A stretch of 30,859 bases of DNA from Verrucomicrobia bacterium UBA740 (lineage in GTDB: Bacteria > Verrucomicrobiota > Kiritimatiellia > RFP12 > UBA1067): the NCBI GenBank assembly GCA_002298665.1, contig DBKW01000074.1, positions 1-30,859 on the forward strand, written 5' to 3'. The notes below the pieces were generated by a model. That model saw nothing but the letters and a program-made list of their open reading frames with translations, made no database searches and had not been told where the DNA came from. Shown here one piece after another: positions 17,935-26,272 of this stretch. Made by a program: the position numbers and the translations under genes. How positions within the stretch are numbered: position 1 is the stretch's first letter; the number at the start of each line of letters is the position of its first letter.

Positions 17935-19365
17935 TCAGGGCGCCACGAACAGCGGCGAAAGCGAGCCCGTCGTGCCTTCCGCCCCGCTGAAATAGAACTC
18001 CTGCCCGGTCGCGTCCATCACGCTGCGCCACAAGTCGCTCTTGAGCGAAAGCGTCTGACGCTCGAACGTCGCGAGTTTGATCGGCACGAGCGCATAGCTC
18101 TCGCCCAGGTTGCCCACCACGCAATTCGTGCGCCCGGCCATCGCCGCGTGCACCGCGTTGCGCGCGAGCATGTAGCAGCGGATCGCGTCCGTGCCCCGCG
18201 CCGGGACGGAACGGATCGTGTAGCTCGGGTCGAAGTACTTGACCGAGCTTTTGATGTTCTTCGCCGTGAAATACTCGGTGATCTTGCACTTGAGGAATTC
18301 ACCGATATCCTTCTTGAGGATGTTGCCGCTGGCGTCGCGCCGCTCGGGTTCGCCCTGTATGAGGTTCTGGCCCGCGCCTTCGGCGACCACGATGACGGCG
18401 TGCGTCTTGCCCGCCGCGAAACGGTTCTCGAGCGCCGCGAGCAGTCCGTGCGGACCGTCCAGCGAAAAGTCCATCTCCGGCACCAGACAGAAGTTGACGA
18501 CCGGGTTGGCGATGGACGTATAGGCGGCGATGAAGCCCGAATCGCGCCCCATCAGTTTGACGAGCCCGATGCCGCCCGCCGTGCCTTTCGCCTCCACGTG
18601 GGCGCACCGCGTCACGTTCGTCGCTTCCGCCACCGCCGTCTCGAACCCGAACGAACGCCCGACGAACTGCAGGTCGTTGTCGATCGTCTTGGGGATGCCG
18701 ACGATGGAAATCTTGAGTCCGCGGCGGCCGATCTCCTCCGCCACGTCGCGTGCGCACCGCAGGGACCCGTCGCCGCCCACGCAGAAGAGGACGTTGATGT
18801 TCATGCGGATGAGCGTATCCACGATCTTGTCCGTCGGCTGCTGTCCGCGGCTGGAGCCGAGAATCGTGCCGCCGTTCTCGTGGATCGTGTCCACGACGTC
18901 CGGGTCGAGCAGAATCGGCTGGTAGCCGTAGTCCGGATTCAACCCCGCGTAGCCGAAACGGATGCCGAAGATGTTCTTGACGCCGTAGTCGAACGTCAAA
19001 ATCTCGACGATGCCCTTGATGACGTTGTTCAGCCCCGGACAGAGCCCCCCCGCCGTCACGATACCCACGCGCGTCCAGCTCGGATCGTGGAAGATCTTTT
19101 CGTGCGGACCCGCCCGTTCGAACGTCGGCGTGTGGCCGAGTTTCTCGCGGATATAGCGCAAATACGACTCGTTTTCGGTCACCAGTATGCGTTCGCCATC
19201 GCGGATGAACTCGTGATGGCGCACGGGAGACTGGATTTTGCATTCGCCGAGGCGCTCCACCTCGCACGAATAGTCGCCCTTGTGCGCGGCGATCTTTTCG
19301 AGCGCCGTGACGATGGAAGGCTCGTCTGTGCGTTGTTCGGTTTGCATGTCGGATGGATTGTTCAT
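17935..19365 (-). CDS. pfkA: ATP-dependent 6-phosphofructokinase (PfkA family, clade-X-like)
   Basis: 'IVTAGGLCPGLN', 'GGTILGSSRG', 'VGGDGS' (Gly indicates ATP type), 'GIPKTIDND', 'SFGFETAV', 'KLMGRDSGFIA', 'VAEGAG', 'DPSYTIRS'. Confidence 0.92.
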   Translation of the reverse strand: MNNPSDMQTEQRTDEPSIVTALEKIAAHKGDYSCEVERLGECKIQSPVRHHEFIRDGERILVTENESYLRYIREKLGHTPTFERAGPHEKIFHDPSWTRVGIVTAGGLCPGLNNVIKGIVEILTFDYGVKNIFGIRFGYAGLNPDYGYQPILLDPDVVDTIHENGGTILGSSRGQQPTDKIVDTLIRMNINVLFCVGGDGSLRCARDVAEEIGRRGLKISIVGIPKTIDNDLQFVGRSFGFETAVAEATNVTRCAHVEAKGTAGGIGLVKLMGRDSGFIAAYTSIANPVVNFCLVPEMDFSLDGPHGLLAALENRFAAGKTHAVIVVAEGAGQNLIQGEPERRDASGNILKKDIGEFLKCKITEYFTAKNIKSSVKYFDPSYTIRSVPARGTDAIRCYMLARNAVHAAMAGRTNCVVGNLGESYALVPIKLATFERQTLSLKSDLWRSVMDATGQEFYFSGAEGTTGSLSPLFVAP

Positions 19366-19390
19366 AAGGTTTTAAGGTGTCTTCGGACGG

Positions 19391-20188
19391 TTACTTGCGT
19401 TTCCTCTGGCGCAATATCTCGTAGAGCGCAATGCCCGCGGCGACGCCGGCGTTCAGCGACTCAAACCCGCCCGGCATGGGCAACTCGGCGATGAAGTCGC
19501 ACGTGCCGCGCACGAGGCGCGAAAGGCCCTTGCCTTCCGCCCCCACGACGAGCCCGGCGCGGCCCTTGAAATCGACGTCCGTGTAGTTCCGCGCGTCTTC
19601 GCCCCAATCGAGCCCCGTGAACCACAGGCCGACCGCCTTCAGATCTTCCATCGCCCGGACGATGTTGACGACGTGCGCCACCTTGATGTGCTCCGCCCCG
19701 CCCGCGCTCGCCCGGACTGCCGCGGGGGTGATGCCGCAGGCGCGGTCTTCCGGGATGATCACCCCCGTCGCGCCCGCCGCGCACGCCGTCCGCAAAATCG
19801 AGCCGACGTTCTGCGGATCCTCTAGATGGTCCAGCACGACCACGAGCGCGTTCTCGTCTTCGCGCGCCGCGTCGAGAATCTCCTCGAACGCCACGTAGGG
19901 ATAGCCGGACGTCTTGAGCGCCACGCCCTGATGGTGGCCGAACCGCGTCAGTTTGTCGAGCTGGGGACGGTCCATCGTGCGCACGACAATCCGCCGCGCA
20001 TGCGCTTCGTCGCGTATCCGGCGCAACTGGTCGTCTTCGTCCGGCGTTGCCGGGGGAAGAATCACTTCCGTGGCCGTGCGCCGTCCCGCCGCGAGCGCCT
20101 CTTCCACGGGATTGCGTCCATAAAGCCATTCGCCGCCGGTGACGAGTTCCCGCGGCCCTTTGTGATGATTGTGCTGACAGTTTGCCAT
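19391..20188 (-). CDS. rlmB: 23S rRNA Gm2251 2'-O-methyltransferase (SpoU/TrmH family)
   Basis: 'YGRNPVEEAL', 'HQGV', 'LDHLEDPQNVGSILRTA', 'RASAGGAE', 'VVGAEGKGLS', 'ESLNAGVA'. Confidence 0.92.
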   Translation of the reverse strand: MANCQHNHHKGPRELVTGGEWLYGRNPVEEALAAGRRTATEVILPPATPDEDDQLRRIRDEAHARRIVVRTMDRPQLDKLTRFGHHQGVALKTSGYPYVAFEEILDAAREDENALVVVLDHLEDPQNVGSILRTACAAGATGVIIPEDRACGITPAAVRASAGGAEHIKVAHVVNIVRAMEDLKAVGLWFTGLDWGEDARNYTDVDFKGRAGLVVGAEGKGLSRLVRGTCDFIAELPMPGGFESLNAGVAAGIALYEILRQRKRK

Positions 20189-20202
20189 ATTCTGATGCAA
20201 CT

Positions 20203-20211
20203 ATTATACCA
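20203..20211 (-). promoter_or_regulatory. extended -10 sigma70 promoter for rlmB (very short leader)
   Basis: TGGTATAAT ends 14 nt upstream of ATG 20188. Confidence 0.65.
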
Positions 20212-20497
20212 AACCCCCCGCGCTTTTACCATATGCGAATTTTCATAGGCGTCTTGCGAAAGGTCCGGACAGGTTGCGTCCGATTTTCAAAAGGTCCTGC
20301 GCGGAATCGAACACGCTCATTCAATACGGCGTTCCGGCGCAATATGAGGAGCAGGCATAGAATGTCAAACTGAACCCGATAGAGCCGTAGATCGTGCGCA
20401 AATCCAAGGGTCAACTCCCTTTGACGCGCGACAGGTCGCGCCCAGATGGACGCTGTTCAACCGATAAACCCCCTGAATTTCAACAGCGACTTTAGGG

Positions 20498-21652
20498 TTA
20501 CTTCCAAAGCACCAAGGCAACAGCTGCAAGCGCACTCACTAATGCTACAATCGAAATAATTATTGACGCCTTTCCAGTCCCAAGCTTAAGCTTTGCCTGG
20601 GCAATAGAGCGACGTTGAATCTTCAATCGGTTCTCCAACCCACTGATCATACGCGCATTCTTTTCTATCTCCTTGGCATTACTCGTGATTCGGGTTTTGT
20701 TTGCTTCAGTCTTCTTTTCTAACTCGACGTCCTTTTGCGCCTGACGTTCAATTTTCGCATCCTGTTCGTTGTCTGCTTTGCGAAATTCATCTGCAAACTT
20801 CGCATGTGCAACCCTAACTTCCTCTAGAGCCTTCCCTTGTTCAGTAATTCCTTTTGCATTCTCTGCGATTTTATGATCATGTTCCTCGTCCTTCTCTGCC
20901 TGGCGTTTCAGCTCAGCATTTTGCACTTCGTCAACCTTCGCATTCTCCTCTAAAAGACGATCTTGCTCCGCATTTTTCGCGTCAGCCTTTTTGATGGCAT
21001 CCTTGTTCACTCTTATTGCCAAATCTTGATTTTTTACGATTTCCCTCGCCTCTTCGAGGATTTTATTGGCCTTCTGAGCTAATGTATCTTCAATCTTTTT
21101 GAACCCGAACAGCATTTGATCCATCTTCAAGTTAAGATTTTCCTCAAGGTCATTTTGGGTTGCCCTTATCTCATGCTTGGTTTCTTTTATCTCCCTCCTA
21201 AGTTCCATCTGCGTTGTTGTCACACCATTCGCAATCTCGATGACGGACCTGATGAACGCTGTTGTCTCATTGCTCAACTTAATGATTCGCCCATTAGCAT
21301 CCTTAATCTCCCCTTTAGACAATTCTGTGGCAGACCGAATTAGACCGAGTGAAAAGGCTGTCGAGCAAAGAACCAGACCAATAACCCCGCGAATCAACTC
21401 ATTGGTTTCGGAAATCGTCTCATTTGTTTTCGACAATGCATTTGCCAATGCCTTAACGCGCCCCTCGCTTCCAAACTTACCAAAAAAATCTCCTTTTGTT
21501 TCCCTTGCCTCTTCCACTAACTCTTTCGCCATATAAATATCAGCGTTAAGATCTCTTATTTTTTCATCAATCGTCTTGACAACGTCATTGACATCAATCC
21601 TTCCCGCATCGATTTCGCGTTTTATTGCGACTACGTCAAATGTATTATTCAT
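20498..21652 (-). CDS. hypothetical coiled-coil protein with C-terminal membrane anchor
   Basis: long heptad E/K/N/Q-rich region with internal repeats; terminal TM 'ASIIISIVALVSALAAVALVLWK'; ATGA overlap with the upstream gene; AT-richer than the flanks. Confidence 0.85.
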   Translation of the reverse strand: MNNTFDVVAIKREIDAGRIDVNDVVKTIDEKIRDLNADIYMAKELVEEARETKGDFFGKFGSEGRVKALANALSKTNETISETNELIRGVIGLVLCSTAFSLGLIRSATELSKGEIKDANGRIIKLSNETTAFIRSVIEIANGVTTTQMELRREIKETKHEIRATQNDLEENLNLKMDQMLFGFKKIEDTLAQKANKILEEAREIVKNQDLAIRVNKDAIKKADAKNAEQDRLLEENAKVDEVQNAELKRQAEKDEEHDHKIAENAKGITEQGKALEEVRVAHAKFADEFRKADNEQDAKIERQAQKDVELEKKTEANKTRITSNAKEIEKNARMISGLENRLKIQRRSIAQAKLKLGTGKASIIISIVALVSALAAVALVLWK

Positions 21653-23340
21653 CTTGCCTCCATTTGTTTCTTGATCAGATTCCTAAGGTCTTCAAGTGCC
21701 GCACCAACTGATCCAAGTGCCGCATCTGCTTTCACCCCGCTTTCGGAAACTTCACGGTCTACCGCTTCAATAGTATCATTTGTACGTACCGCCTCTTTGT
21801 AAACATATCCATAACCTTCCTTCAGGACGTTCCAAGACGCCATCACCTGGCACTTCCCCACGACTACAGACTGCGCTGCAATGCAAAGACTCAATTTATT
21901 CTTCTTCTCGGCCATGTAAACCTTGTCCATGTAATACAGGGCTATCGTTGTCAGGATACCGCCGGCAAGCGCTGAAAGCGTGACCGAAAGCACGTCGCCA
22001 ACCGTACGGTTTATCATAGGAATCGGGAAGGTCATCAGAACTTGCAACCCGGGCACCGACAGCAACAATTTCTCGATACCTGCACTCAAACCCATTGAGG
22101 CAGCACCTATCAAGCCTGCTGTCAAAATCTTCAGCGCTTGATAATTGACCTCCTCCCTCGACATTCCCTCCGGCGGATGCACCATGATTTTAATCGCCTC
22201 GGTTAACGACACAAATCCGGCGCGAATCATTGAGACGATCTTCTTAAGCGTTGTAGCGAAGAGATTGATTACAAACAGAACGATGTTCGAAAGGAAAGCC
22301 TGTATGCCCGCCCAAGCGGAATTTGCGAGCACATCCTTCCAATCCTGCGTGAGTTTTTTGATTAAGGCAGAAAGTCTTTCCTTAAAGCGCTTGTACACAT
22401 CTGCCAGCTTCTCTTTCCCCCAATGATTGACCGTGTACTTTACTTCCAGGAAGACGCCTTGGACCAACTCTCTCATCAAGACTCCAAGAACTTGGTAGGC
22501 AGCCACTTTCGCCGCATCCTTACCGCCAGTTGCAAGCAGCTCGCTGGAATACTTCTTTAGAGCGGCTTTGTTCACTGTGCTCTTTATATGTTTGCGAGCC
22601 CTCTTATCTGCCTGCATCGCTCTTTCTTTATTGATTCCATACTGCTGAGCCTTTGTCTTTCCGTTCTTCTCCTTGGCAAGCCACTCTCCCATTTTATGGG
22701 CACCTTTGGACTGGTTGATGGATCCATTTGTCCAAGCAAGGTTCTCTTTGTCCGTGGCCATCTTCGCACGTTCTTCAGGATTTTGAAAAAGATTGGTCCT
22801 TGGGTCGCTCTCAATCTCCTTCGCTGGAACGATGTGGTCGAGATGCGCACGACCATTTTTCTCGAGTGGGGTGCCGGTGTACTCGTCTATAATCACTTCT
22901 TGCGTTTTGAAAGCTTCTTTGCGCATTCTAGGCAGTGGATTATCATAGCCGACCTCGTCGCGGACATCCGACCATTTGCGACTGCCATCGTTATTCTCCT
23001 TGAACTTCTGATACTTGGCGGCATCGTCTGCACTAGAGGTTATCCCCTTCTCGAAGTTATGGCTAGTGGTTACATTTCCACCATCTTGACACTGGATGAA
23101 TACGCTGGCCAAACCAAATTGTCCAACTACAGTCTCGATTACAGTGTTCTTGCATTGATCAACCAGGTTGCCGACCTCGATTGACTTGTACTCGCTTTTG
23201 AGCGATTCCAATTGCATTAAGGCTTCGTTGAGATTCGCATTGACGTCAATCTCCGCATAGTTCACTTTGTTGAGCTCGGCAATGTCGGCCGCCTCGTTGT
23301 CGCGACAGAGATAATCAATCACATTTGATTTATTCTCCAT
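21649..23340 (-). CDS. hypothetical protein with HNH-like (beta-beta-alpha-Me) motif and C-terminal hydrophobic helices
   Basis: 'DEYTG...AHLDHIVP...ENLAWTNGSINQSKG'; hydrophobic helices around aa 275-470; RBS AAGGGGG; AT-richer than the flanks. Confidence 0.8.
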   Translation of the reverse strand: MENKSNVIDYLCRDNEAADIAELNKVNYAEIDVNANLNEALMQLESLKSEYKSIEVGNLVDQCKNTVIETVVGQFGLASVFIQCQDGGNVTTSHNFEKGITSSADDAAKYQKFKENNDGSRKWSDVRDEVGYDNPLPRMRKEAFKTQEVIIDEYTGTPLEKNGRAHLDHIVPAKEIESDPRTNLFQNPEERAKMATDKENLAWTNGSINQSKGAHKMGEWLAKEKNGKTKAQQYGINKERAMQADKRARKHIKSTVNKAALKKYSSELLATGGKDAAKVAAYQVLGVLMRELVQGVFLEVKYTVNHWGKEKLADVYKRFKERLSALIKKLTQDWKDVLANSAWAGIQAFLSNIVLFVINLFATTLKKIVSMIRAGFVSLTEAIKIMVHPPEGMSREEVNYQALKILTAGLIGAASMGLSAGIEKLLLSVPGLQVLMTFPIPMINRTVGDVLSVTLSALAGGILTTIALYYMDKVYMAEKKNKLSLCIAAQSVVVGKCQVMASWNVLKEGYGYVYKEAVRTNDTIEAVDREVSESGVKADAALGSVGAALEDLRNLIKKQMEAR

Positions 23341-23411
23341 ATTCTACCCCCTTCTATCAAACCTTGGCTGCTTGGATGCTTACCAATACCGGAGAAGCGA
23401 AGCCGGTCTCG

Positions 23412-23783
23412 TTACTCCGCCTGCGCCCTCTTCTGGTAGACGACGCGCACATCGGAGCCGAACATCTCCTTGACCACCTCGTAATCGGGATTGCGTGTGG
23501 CGAGATTGTGCGCGGCGATCGCTCCGCCGGCGACAAGCGACAAGCCCAGCGACGGAATCGCCAACGCCGCCGCGGCAATGCCTCGCCCATGCGTGCGGAC
23601 GCGGCACGTCATGCCCTGCGCCTCGATCAGGCTCTCCACCAGGTCGACGACCGTGCCTTGCTTGCCGGCCTTCACGTCCACAATCTCAAACGTCTGGCGA
23701 TTGCGGACCAATTCGCCAATTCGCTTCTCCAGCGTCTCCCGGTCTCGGGCGTAGCTGATCAACGTAAGTATATTGTCGTTCAT
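23412..23783 (-). CDS. small hypothetical protein with an Ala/Gly-rich hydrophobic segment
   Basis: RBS AAGGAG; 'GIAAAALAIPSLGLSLVAGGAIAAHNLATRNPDYEV'. Confidence 0.8.
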   Translation of the reverse strand: MNDNILTLISYARDRETLEKRIGELVRNRQTFEIVDVKAGKQGTVVDLVESLIEAQGMTCRVRTHGRGIAAAALAIPSLGLSLVAGGAIAAHNLATRNPDYEVVKEMFGSDVRVVYQKRAQAE

Positions 23784-23819
23784 TTTCGTTTCTCCTTCTT
23801 GTTTCTTATTCGTTTTTTC

Positions 23820-24596
23820 TTATTCGTTCCCGGTGCCGTTCTCCTGGGCAAACTTCTCGTTCGCTTTCATCGCACGCAGCGCGGCGATGTAGATGCAGGC
23901 GGGAATCGTCACGCGATACGCCTCCGAAGCGATGTCCAACGCCGTCCACGCCCCCGTGAGAATCCAGCCGACCGGACCGATCAAAACGGCCAGAAACCGC
24001 GTGACATAGATGTTCCCCGCAAATCTCAGCCCGTGGCCGAGAATGGCCTTCGAGATGGTATTGACAAGAATCAACGCAATCTGATACGTCTTGAGTCCCC
24101 CGGCTTGAAGAATCTTGAGCAGTAGTACGCTAGAAAGTCCGCCTAACTTCTGCCCGAATACATACCCCGACTCGTCGAGAAACTTCCGCCGGTCCGCTTC
24201 CGGCATCTTCTCCCAGGCGTCCTCCAGGACCTTGGCGAGAAGCGCACTCTCGATCGTCTCCGTCTTCTGCGCGCGGTTGAAGTTGACCTTCATTTTCTTA
24301 GCCACATCACATAGCACCTCGTGGTAGCTGACGCCCATGTCGCCGCGGAAGATGTTCGCAAACGTGTTGCCGCCAAATTTCTGCACCTCCTCGATGATCT
24401 CGTCCACGTACTTCGTGTGATCGGGATAGTTCGCCTTGAATGCGGGCGCCTTGTCGAGTTCCGAGCTGAACCGGCCCGAGCAATCGATGTCGCCGTTGTC
24501 GTCCGTGCCCAGAATCGCGCCGACAAGCGGCGCCAGCTCGTCCTGCGTGCATTCCTTCAGAAACTCCAATTCATAATCATTCGGCACTTTTGCCAT
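23820..24596 (-). CDS. YaaW / DUF3944 (UPF0174) family protein
   Basis: 'LEFLKECTQDELAPLV', 'EVQKFGGNTFANIFRG..GVSYHEVLCDVAKKMKVNF', 'IGPVGWILTGAWTALDIASEAYRVTIPACIYIAALR'; ATG 24596 is 8 nt after AAAGGA (alternative start 24605). Confidence 0.88.
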   Translation of the reverse strand: MAKVPNDYELEFLKECTQDELAPLVGAILGTDDNGDIDCSGRFSSELDKAPAFKANYPDHTKYVDEIIEEVQKFGGNTFANIFRGDMGVSYHEVLCDVAKKMKVNFNRAQKTETIESALLAKVLEDAWEKMPEADRRKFLDESGYVFGQKLGGLSSVLLLKILQAGGLKTYQIALILVNTISKAILGHGLRFAGNIYVTRFLAVLIGPVGWILTGAWTALDIASEAYRVTIPACIYIAALRAMKANEKFAQENGTGNE

Positions 24597-24659
24597 GATA
24601 GACATCCTTTCTGTTCATGTTCTCTTTTCTAGCCGCACCCTGCAGCCACAGAATAGATA

Positions 24660-24676
24660 AGCAATAACCGTGCCAA
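24660..24676 (-). promoter_or_regulatory. sigma54 (RpoN) -24/-12 promoter P2 for the yaaW-like operon
   Basis: TTGGCACGGTTATTGCT matches TGGCACG-N4-TTGCW with exact spacing. Confidence 0.88.
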
Positions 24677-24757
24677 ACCGTCCATATGCCTGTTTTGCGT
24701 GCGAAACGCGGGATTTTGGCAAGTTTGCATTTTGCCCCCTTAGACCCCAGTATAAGA

Positions 24758-24777
24758 TTTAGACTTTTTCGTCTAAA
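24758..24777. promoter_or_regulatory. candidate upstream activator sequence for P2
   Basis: perfect palindrome TTTAGAC-N6-GTCTAAA about 85-100 bp upstream of the -24 box; extra TTAGAC half-site at 24740-24745. Confidence 0.55.
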
Positions 24778-26272
24778 CCGCCTCGTCCTCTCCCGTCCGC
24801 CGGACGATATGTCCGTCGGCATTCGCGTCCCATTTGTAGCCGTATTTCCCGATGCAGGAGGCGAACGACGAATTCCAGTTGGCTTTCTCCTTCCCGCCTG
24901 CGAAGAAGAGCTTCCCGGCGTCCGTCGCGGTCCCCACCCGAGCCGCGCAGGAGAACGCCCAGGACAGCAGAACCTTCTCGTTCGCGCCCAGATCGCGGCG
25001 GTCGGCCACAAGTGGATGGAAAAATGCCGAACCCCCTGCGCCGGAATCCGCCTCCGCGTCCCGGAGTTGCCGCTCAAGCACCTGAATGGCGGGCGCCGAG
25101 ACGAAGCCGGAGGCGTCCGAAGCCATCGTGCGCAGAAGCAGGAAGGCCCGGCGAAGCTCGCGGAAGTTGCCGCGCCAAGGATGGCGCGCGGCGAATTCCC
25201 TGAACAGCACGTGCGCCAAACGCGAAAACCGTATGTTGAACCGCCGCCCCAGGCTCGCCAGCGTCCGGTCCAGGAACACCGTCCCGCCCTGTCCGCCGAT
25301 GCGCACCCGGACGGGCGGCAAGCAGACCGAAAGCCCGTTGATCCGGCTGTAGAGGTCGCGGCGGAAGCGCCCTTCCGCGACCGCCTGCCTCAGATCCTCG
25401 TTCGTCCCGAAGACGAACCGGCATTGCACGGCCTTCGAATCGACGCCGCCATGCAGGCGGTAGTGCCCGTCCAGCGCCATCAAAAGCCGCGGCTGAAGCT
25501 CAAGCGGCAACGTCCCGATTTCATCGAGAAACAGGACGCCGTCCTTTGCGCATTCGATGGCACCCGGCCGATCCTCCCTCGTCGTGTTGGTGAACGAGCC
25601 GCCCCGCAACCCGAAGAGCGCGGCGTTCATGTCCTCCTTGCCGAACTCACCGCAGTTCAGGTGCACGAACGGACACGTCCCGGCGCCGCACATCTTACGG
25701 AACGCATCCCGGATCGCTCGGGCCGTAAACGACTTGCCAACCCCCGTCTCCCCAGTCAACAGGGCGGCCGGCCACAGACCGTCGACCGCGGAGGACGCAA
25801 ACGCACGAACAACCCGCCGCAGGTCATCCCGCACATACGGAATATCGTCATATTCGCGGAAGAACGAATCGTCTTCCGTAACTGTCGCCAGGCGGAGATC
25901 TTCCGGGACGGGCAGACGCTTGTCCGCATGAAAGAGGGAGAGCGCAAACCCGTCGCGTCGGAGGCCTTTGCGGCACCGATTCCAGTGCGCCAGATCGCAG
26001 ATATAAAATCGACGTTCGACCGGAAGCCGCGGCAGCGGAAACTCCTGAAGGGCCTGGACAAGTTTCGCCGCTTTGCCCCCCCCCAGTTCGTCCGTCGGGT
26101 CGAAAAGGACGACAATGGTCGACACCGCTTTGTCGACAATCTGCTTCTCAAAGAATGGCAAATCCTCGTTCGGGCAGACCCCGACGAAGACGGCGACGTC
26201 TTCGCCGTCCAAAGACGGGATTCCGTCCTCCGGCATCCTAAACACCGTGCTCGAAACCGTTCCGCTTGCCAT
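24773..26272 (-). CDS. RtcR-like sigma54-interacting AAA+ transcriptional regulator (divergent)
   Basis: Walker A 'GETGVGKS', 'LFGLRGGSFTNT', Walker B 'LFLDEIG', 'GRFRRDLYSRIN', sensor II 'WRGNFREL', RtcR-style C-terminus 'TDAGKLFF...N...IGKYGYKW'. Confidence 0.85.
   Translation of the reverse strand: MASGTVSSTVFRMPEDGIPSLDGEDVAVFVGVCPNEDLPFFEKQIVDKAVSTIVVLFDPTDELGGGKAAKLVQALQEFPLPRLPVERRFYICDLAHWNRCRKGLRRDGFALSLFHADKRLPVPEDLRLATVTEDDSFFREYDDIPYVRDDLRRVVRAFASSAVDGLWPAALLTGETGVGKSFTARAIRDAFRKMCGAGTCPFVHLNCGEFGKEDMNAALFGLRGGSFTNTTREDRPGAIECAKDGVLFLDEIGTLPLELQPRLLMALDGHYRLHGGVDSKAVQCRFVFGTNEDLRQAVAEGRFRRDLYSRINGLSVCLPPVRVRIGGQGGTVFLDRTLASLGRRFNIRFSRLAHVLFREFAARHPWRGNFRELRRAFLLLRTMASDASGFVSAPAIQVLERQLRDAEADSGAGGSAFFHPLVADRRDLGANEKVLLSWAFSCAARVGTATDAGKLFFAGGKEKANWNSSFASCIGKYGYKWDANADGHIVRRTGEDEAV

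Noticed and set aside
16571..18289. 572-aa ORF suggesting a long N-terminally extended RluA
   Set aside because: The upstream part is an off-frame read through pfk and nif3; the real start is ATG 17236 overlapping the nif3 stop.
3225..19494. Very long plus-strand ORFs (e.g. 3225-5402, 5288-7834, 8986-10458, 13637-15418, 17344-19494)
   Set aside because: Antisense shadows of well-supported minus-strand genes in high-GC DNA; no motifs and unnatural composition.
20226..20490. Short ORF 20226-20414 and small hairpins in the rlmB/island gap
   Set aside because: ORF has no RBS or protein-like features; hairpins are short and match no RNA family I can name.
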